64,000 bases of DNA from Heterodontus francisci (lineage: Eukaryota), in contig NC_090413.1 in NCBI RefSeq assembly GCF_036365525.1, positions 28,410,262 to 28,474,261 on the forward strand, written 5' to 3'. Shown here in pieces: positions 57,474-64,000 of the stretch. The notes beneath the pieces are model-generated. The model was not told the origin of the DNA, did not search any database, and saw nothing but the letters and a program-made list of their open reading frames with translations. Position numbers and translations under genes: made by a program. How positions within the stretch are numbered: the stretch's first letter is position 1; every line of letters begins with the position of its first letter.

Positions 57474-58913
57474 GTATGTTTTGGAGTAGAGTAGATAGTT
57501 TTCATTCTCCATCTGACTGGAAAGGCACAATGGTCTGAGCTGGCCTGTGAATAAACTAAGGTGATCAGGAAAGTGAGTTGGGAGTAGTAGCTGAATGTGC
57601 AGCTTTAATGATTAATCATTAGGCAGCTGTAGAAAAAAACAAATATGATTGCATTGCTCAGACCATTGAATACAAAATGAAAATCAGTGTACTTAGGAAA
57701 TAGTAGGCTGTGGTGAATTTGGAGCATTGAGCTCAGTGTTGGTACTTGCATATGGTGAAGGAGCTGGAGACTGTGAACAGGGTGAAGAGGAGAGCTGACT
57801 GGGATAATAGTAAATCTGAAATTCTTTAGTTTGAGGGTTTAGGATTTTTTTTTTTACTTTTAAGAAACCTTGGCTCAGAGTGAATAGGATTTATTTTTAA
57901 ATGAAAGGACTTGGATGCAGTCGCATTAGGTTATTTGGATTCTATAGAGCTATCATAGAAAGTTTATGGCTCAGAAAGAGGCCACTTGGCCCATCGTGTC
58001 TGCGCTGACCAAAAAACGAGCCACCCAGCCTAATCCCACCTTCCAGCATTTGGTCTGTAGCTATATGAAGGCAAAGAGTTATTTTAGATCCCAGGAAGTA
58101 TTTCTTTTCAGAGAGAGCCAGAACAAATTTCTGTGATGTGATGAGTATGGGGCTGCTGCAGTCCTTTGAAAAGGAACTTGGCAAGTTCCTGAGAGAAGGG
58201 AACATTTCTAGTTATAGGGTTACTTAGTTTAGGTCGTGATGTATCACAGAGGAATTTCGCAGAATTTTCCCTGCATTGGCAACAGGTTTTTTTCTGTCTT
58301 TTTTTGCTTTTCCCAGGGATCAGCACAAAGAGGGATGGGTGGGGAGCAGGTAGACTGGATTGGGATGAGTTTGTTGGATATGATGGATTTTTCTTGTTTG
58401 TTTGTATCTGAGCCCGATTATCAAGGTCCCAGGTTAGATCCTTTGGCTATATAGCTCCTTAATGGCCTCAGTGCCCTGGTGTAAAGAGGCAGAAAAAACA
58501 GCCAGGGCTTCCTTACCAGTGATTACTGGACAGTGTGCAGGCTGTAACACACCTTACAGACAAATATCCTATCAATACTGAATATCTGGGCTTGTATAAC
58601 AGTGATCAGTTGGGTGAGGTCAGTACAGAGTTGGGCACCAGACGAAGTTAAACTAGTAATAAATGATATTTGACTATTCAGTAATAGAACCAATCCTGTG
58701 TGAATGTCCAGACACACTTACAGTAGGTGTCATGGTATAGTTCTCAAGGATGTTTTGTTAATTTTTAGTCTCCTTCTGCCCTCTAGGCCTAGGAACACTG
58801 AACTCTGTTGTATTGCCCCTAAGGCCATGCCAGCTGAGATTATTTTTATCATCAGTGGAAATCTGAGTTGTAATGAAACAGAATATGAAGTAATTGGTGC
58901 TATCATTTTGCAG

Positions 58914-58990
58914 ATGATTTCTTGCTGTATTTGGACCCTCACTACTGCCAGCCTGTTGTGGATGTAACTAAACGTGACTTTGTGTTGGAG
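58914..58990 (+). CDS. ATG4D: ATG4D coding exon 8 [26 protein letters not shown] (catalytic Asp/His)
   Basis: ttttgcag| acceptor, |gtaagc donor. Confidence 0.96.
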
Positions 58991-59814
58991 GTAAGCAGCG
59001 CTATACTGTTGCTATGGGATGGGTCTGTGACAGCTGCTGTCCTGGACTCAGTGCCTAGTGATTGTAGGGCAAGAGGGACAGATATATATATTTTGAGAGT
59101 TGGAGAAACTAAATTGAGTCCATCACATAGAGATGTCTAGTTTGGCATTAGAATGATTAATTTGCTCTGTTTTGTAGAACACTCGTAAAACCGGTTGTGT
59201 CAGTACTATTTTAAAACAGCTTTTTCTATTTCAAATCAGCTAACTGCATTGTCATGACACAAAAGAGGAATGGTGTACATGTATTAACCAGCGCACTAAA
59301 ATAACAACCAGAGGAAATGGAAACTATGTTAATCTTGTGGAGGTCAAAGGGTTGCTTGCTGTGGGAAATTGCAGTATCGACTTAGTGTATGTGGTCTGAT
59401 GATTGGGTTCAGGCAGGTTGTTAGGGTAGAATAGAGAAGGCTTTTCACTTTAACCCATGCCACAGCCAACTTGGAGATGTTTACGATTTCAGAGCAGTTG
59501 CATTTCTCAAAGCTTGCCCAGTTACTGCTTTGTGCTGAGTTGTTTGATTTTGGCTCTGATGGGCCTATCATTAGAATCGGGGTATGGAGGGTCAAGCCCA
59601 GCCAGGACTGGAGATATTTATGGGGTCAGGGTCAGGTTGAGCTGAGGTGACCACCCCCACCACCTAAACAAAAAACTGCTTAGACTTGCATATGGAGAAT
59701 GACCAAAGTAGCTAGTCCTGGGGGGCAGCCACAATCACTTTACCAGACCACATTGGAATTTACTACATCCCAGGAAGGAGGATGAGGGGGGAAGCTACTT
59801 ATCAGCGTTTTTTT

Positions 59815-60100
59815 TAAATTTAATTCATTCCATAAGATGTGGGTGTTGCTGGCAAAGCCAACATTTATTGTCCATCCCTAATTGCCCTTGAGATGGTGGT
59901 GGTGAGCAGCCGCCTTGAATCGCTGCAGTCCGTGTGGTGTTACTCCCACAGTGCTGTTGGGGAGGGAGTTCCAGGATTTTGACTCTGACAGTGAAATCAG
60001 GATGTTGTGTGGCTTGGAGGGGAACTTGCAGGTGGCGGTGTTTCTGTGCATCTGCTGCCCTTGTCCTTCTAGGTGGTAGGGGTCACAGGTTTGGGAGATG
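59815..60100 (-). mobile_element. CR1-group LINE 3' end
   Basis: minus strand encodes WNSLPNSTVG...LQRFKAAAHHHHLKGN*, followed by a poly(A)-like tail. Confidence 0.65.
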
Positions 60101-60377
60101 AGGTAGGAGGAGACCTCTTAAAGAATATTCTCTCCTTCCTATCTGCCCACAGACTGCTAATTCAGACTGCAACCATGTACTGATTTTATAAATATTTTGT
60201 TCCCCCTCTTGATACTTTATGTACCAGTCAGAGTTCTCTCCTAAATCTCTTCAAGGCTGATTGACCAGATTCAAGAGGCAGTGCTGGTGGTTTGGAGAAG
60301 AGGGTACTGAATAACACAGGCCAATTTCTAAAAATATTATATGTAGATTAGTCTCTCACAATATACTGGTTCAAAGG

Positions 60378-63300
60378 TCATAGAGTCATAGTTATACAGC
60401 ACAGAAACAAGCCCTTCGGCCCATTGTGTCTGTGCCGGCCATCAAGCACCTAACTATTCTAATCCCATTTTCCAGCACATGGCCCATAGCCTTGTATGCT
60501 ATGGTGTTTCAAGTGCTCTTCTAAATACTTCTTCAATGTTGTGAGGGATCCTGCCTCTACCACCTCTTCAAGCAGTGTGTTCCAGATTCCAAACACCGTC
60601 TGGGTGAAAAATGTTTGCCTCAAATCCCCTCTGAACTTCCTGCACCTTACCTTGAATCTATGCCCCCTGGATATTGACCCCTCCGCTAAGGGAAAAAAGT
60701 TTTTTCCTATCTAACCTATCAATGCCCCTCAAAATTTTGTATACCTCAGTCATGTCCCTCCCTCACCCTTCTCTGCTCTAAGGAAAACAACCCTAGCCTT
60801 TTCAGTCTCTTCATAGCTGAAATGCTCCAGCCCAGGCCACATCATGGTTAATCTCCTCTACACCCTTTCCAGTGCAATCACATCCTTCCTATAGTGTGGT
60901 GCCCAGAACTGTACACAGTACTCCAGCTGTGGCCTAACTAGTGTTTTATACAGCTCCATCATAACCTCCCTGCTCTTATATTCTGTGCCTTGGCTAATAA
61001 AGGCAAGTATCCCATATGCCTTCCTAACCACCTTATCTACCTGTGCTGCTGCCTTCAGTGATCTATGGACAAGTACACCAAGGTCCCTCTGACCCTCTGT
61101 ACTTCCTAGGGTCCTACCATCCATTGTATATTCCCTTGCCTTGTTAGTCCTCCCAAAATACATCACCTCACACTTCTCAGGATTAAATTCCATTTGCCAC
61201 AGCTCTGCCCATCTTACCAGCCTATCTATATCGTCCTGTAATCGAAGGCTTTCCTCCTCACTATTTACGACACCACCAATTTTCGTGTCATCTGCGAACT
61301 TACTGACCATACCTCCTATATTCATGTCTAAATCATTAATGTACACTACAAACATCAAGGGTCCCAGCACCGATCCCTGCAGTACACCACTGGTCACAGG
61401 CTTCCAAATGCAAAAACAACCCTCGACCATTACTCTCTGCCTCCTGCCACTAAGCCAATTTTGGATCCATTTGCCAAATTGCCCTGGATCCCATGGGCTC
61501 TCACCTTCTTAACCAATCTCCCATGCAGGACATTATCAAAAGCCTTACTGCAGTCCATATAGACTACATCAACTGCTTTACCCTCATCAACACGTTTCAT
61601 CACCACCTCAAAAAATTCAATCAAGTTAGTCAGACACGATCTCCCCCAAGCCATGCTGATTATCCCTGATTAATCCCTGCCTCTTCAAGTGGAGATTAAT
61701 CCTGTCCCTCAGAATTTTATCCAATATTTTCCCTGAATATGTTAGACTCACCAGCCTGTAATTACCTGGTTTATCCCTGCTACCTTTCTTAAATAATGGT
61801 CCTCCAACCTCTGATATCTCTCCTGTGGCCGGAGAGGATTTGAAAATTTGTGTCAGAGGCCCTGCTATCTCCTCCTGTGCCTCACATAACAGCCTGGGAT
61901 ACATCTCATCTGGGCCTAGGGATTTATCCACTTTTAAGCCCCCTAAAACAGCTAGTACTTCCTCCCTTTCAATGCTAATATGTTCAAGTGTATCACAGTC
62001 CCCCTCCCTGATCTCTACACCTACATTGTCCTTCTCCACCGTGAACACAGATGAAAAGTAGTCATTTAAAACCTCACCTATGTCCTCCGGCTCCACACAC
62101 ACATTGCCACTTTCGTTCCTAATGGGCCCGACTCTTTCTCTGGTTATTCTCTTGCCCTTAATATACTTATTAAACGCCTTTATCTTGCCCGCCAGTGTTC
62201 TTTCATGTCCCCTCTTCGCTCTCCTAATTTTTTAAGTACCCCCTACACTTTCTATACTCCTTTAGTGCCTCCACTGTTTTCAGCACTCTGAATCTGCCAT
62301 AAGCCGCCTTTTTTTTTACTGATCCAATCCTCTATATCCCTTGACATCCAGGGTTCCCTGGACTTGTTGGTCCTACCCTTCACCTTAATGGGTACATGTT
62401 GGCCCTGAACTCTCACAATTTCCTCTTTGAATGACTCCCACTGATCTGATGTAGACTTTTCTACAAGTAGCTGATCCCAGTCCACTTTGGCCAGATCCTG
62501 TTTTATCATCATAAAATCGTCCTTCCCCCAATTCAGTACTTTTATTTTCGGTCCATCTTTGTCCTTTTCCATAACTACCTTAAATCTTACAGAGTTATGG
62601 TCACTATCCCTGAAATGTTCCCCCACTGACACTTCTACCACTTGTCCGGCTTCATTCCCTAGGATTAGGCCCAATAGTACCCCATCTCTTGTAGGACTAT
62701 CTACGTACTGGCTCAAAAAGCTCTCCTGAATGCATTTTAAGAATTCCGCCCCCTTTAAGCCTTTTGCACTATCCCAGTTAATATTGGGGAAGTTGAAATC
62801 CCCTACTATTACCACCCTATTATTTTTACACCTCTCTGAGATTTTCCTACATATCTGCTCCTCTATCTCTCCCTGACTGTTTGGCAGCCTGTAGTACACT
62901 CCCAGCCAAGTGATTGCCCCCTTTTTGTTTTTAAGTTCTACCCATATGGCCTCATTTGAGGAACCTTCTAAGATATCATCCCTCCTTACTGCAGTAATTG
63001 ACTCCTTGATCAACAGTGCAATGCCACCTCCTCTTTTACCCCCTCCCCTGTCATGCCTGAAGATTCTATACCCTGGAATATTCAGCTGCCAGTCCTGCCC
63101 CTCCCTCAACCATGTCTCTCTGATAGTAATATCATAATGCCATGTGCTAATCGATGCCCTCAATTCATCTGCCTTACTAGTAAGACTCCTTGCATTAAAA
63201 TAGATGCAATCCAGCATTGCATTTTTCACTTGTGCCTTAACAGGTCTGTATTTACTCTGCCTTCCAGACTGACTCAGTTTCTCTTCTGTATTTGACTGTG

Positions 63301-63610
63301 CATCACCCCCTACTGTAACTCCACTCTGTATCCCACCCCCTGCCAAATTAGTTTAACCACCCCCCCAACAACACTAGCAAGGATGTTGGTCCAGTTCAGG
63401 TGCAACCCATCCAACTTGTACAGGTCCCACCTTTGCCAGAAACAGACCCAGTGATCCAGGAAACTAAAGCCCTCCCTCCTGCACCACCTCCTCAGCCACG
63501 CATTCTGCTGTATCCTCCTATTCCTGTACTCACTAGCACGTGGCACTGGGAGTAATCCAGAGATTACAACCTTTGAGGTCCTGCTTTTTAATCTGCTACC
63601 TAGCTCCCTA
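60378..63610 (-). mobile_element. Long CR1 LINE: 3' end of ORF1 (SGNH esterase-like) plus APE endonuclease and RT ORF2 with frameshifts
   Basis: DGLHLN (ORF1), YFNARSL/ETW/GDFNFP/SDHN (APE), QGSVLGP/FADDTK (RT), catagagtcatag tail. Confidence 0.93.
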
Positions 63611-63963
63611 ATAAGGTGGCAATAAAACTTGGATTTCTATTTTAAATAAAAGATTTATTTTTCCCTCCCCTCCTGAAGACATTGATTTCTTGCTGCGATG
63701 CGGTTCCACAGGAGGTGGGTTCCCTCCAGAACCTCACCTAAGTGTTCATCATTCATGTGAGCTAATGCCAACAGGCTGTTCACCTATATGGGCATCGCAG
63801 GTGACCCAATCTTGTTCTTGCCTGATGTCCATACACTCCAGATGTTATTGCGAACCTCATCATCCAGCTGATTGACAGGCTTGGAATAGGGTTAGGGGGG
63901 AGGGTGAAGTATTTCGCTTGAAAAGGGAGCTCTTTATTAATAGCTGATTTGTTTATTTCACAG

Positions 63964-64000
63964 TCTTTTCATTGCATGTCTCCAAGAAAACTGTCCTTCA
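63964..64000 (+). CDS. ATG4D: ATG4D coding exon 9, truncated (SFHCMSPRKLSF...)
   Basis: tttcacag| acceptor; matches human SFHCTSPRKMAF. Confidence 0.92.

Larger units (their letters stand above)
49625..64000 (+). other. ATG4D: ATG4D gene (cysteine protease ATG4D), 3' end beyond the window
   Basis: join(49625..49841,50383..50466,50565..50804,51819..52185,54203..54273,56883..57028,57395..57473,58914..58990,63964..>64000). MNSVSP start, DEVDK caspase site, catalytic DCGWGCM and YLDPH, and HSLYFIG typical of ATG4D rather than ATG4C. Confidence 0.95.

Overview
Vertebrate genomic DNA, almost certainly from a cartilaginous fish (shark or ray), judged by an HE1/V-SINE, Deu-domain SINEs and abundant CR1/L2 LINEs; the species cannot be determined. 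Four spliced genes lie in tandem on the + strand: the 3' part of RAVER1 (14 coding exons in the window, ~580 aa, stop at 21505), complete FDX2 (5 exons, 180 aa), complete FBXL12 (3 exons, 330 aa) and most of ATG4D (probable non-coding exon 1, then 9 coding exons, cut by the window end). I derived all exon models by hand from GT-AG sites, phase continuity and recalled human protein sequences; no database searches were run. The most notable observations: (1) a tandemly triplicated RAVER1 coding exon (ERELERY...GY..D.NE) that appears to be under purifying selection; (2) further candidate regulated RAVER1 exons (a RAVER2-like exon, a CU-rich cassette exon, poison and terminal exons) and six PTB-binding PRI motifs; (3) two related solo LTRs bracketing one RAVER1 exon; (4) a Penelope-type minimal hammerhead ribozyme fold in FBXL12 intron 1, with further degenerate copies elsewhere; (5) GC-rich minisatellites at each promoter, two of them arrays of CTCF-like motifs; (6) an in-frame acceptor that could fuse FDX2 to FBXL12.
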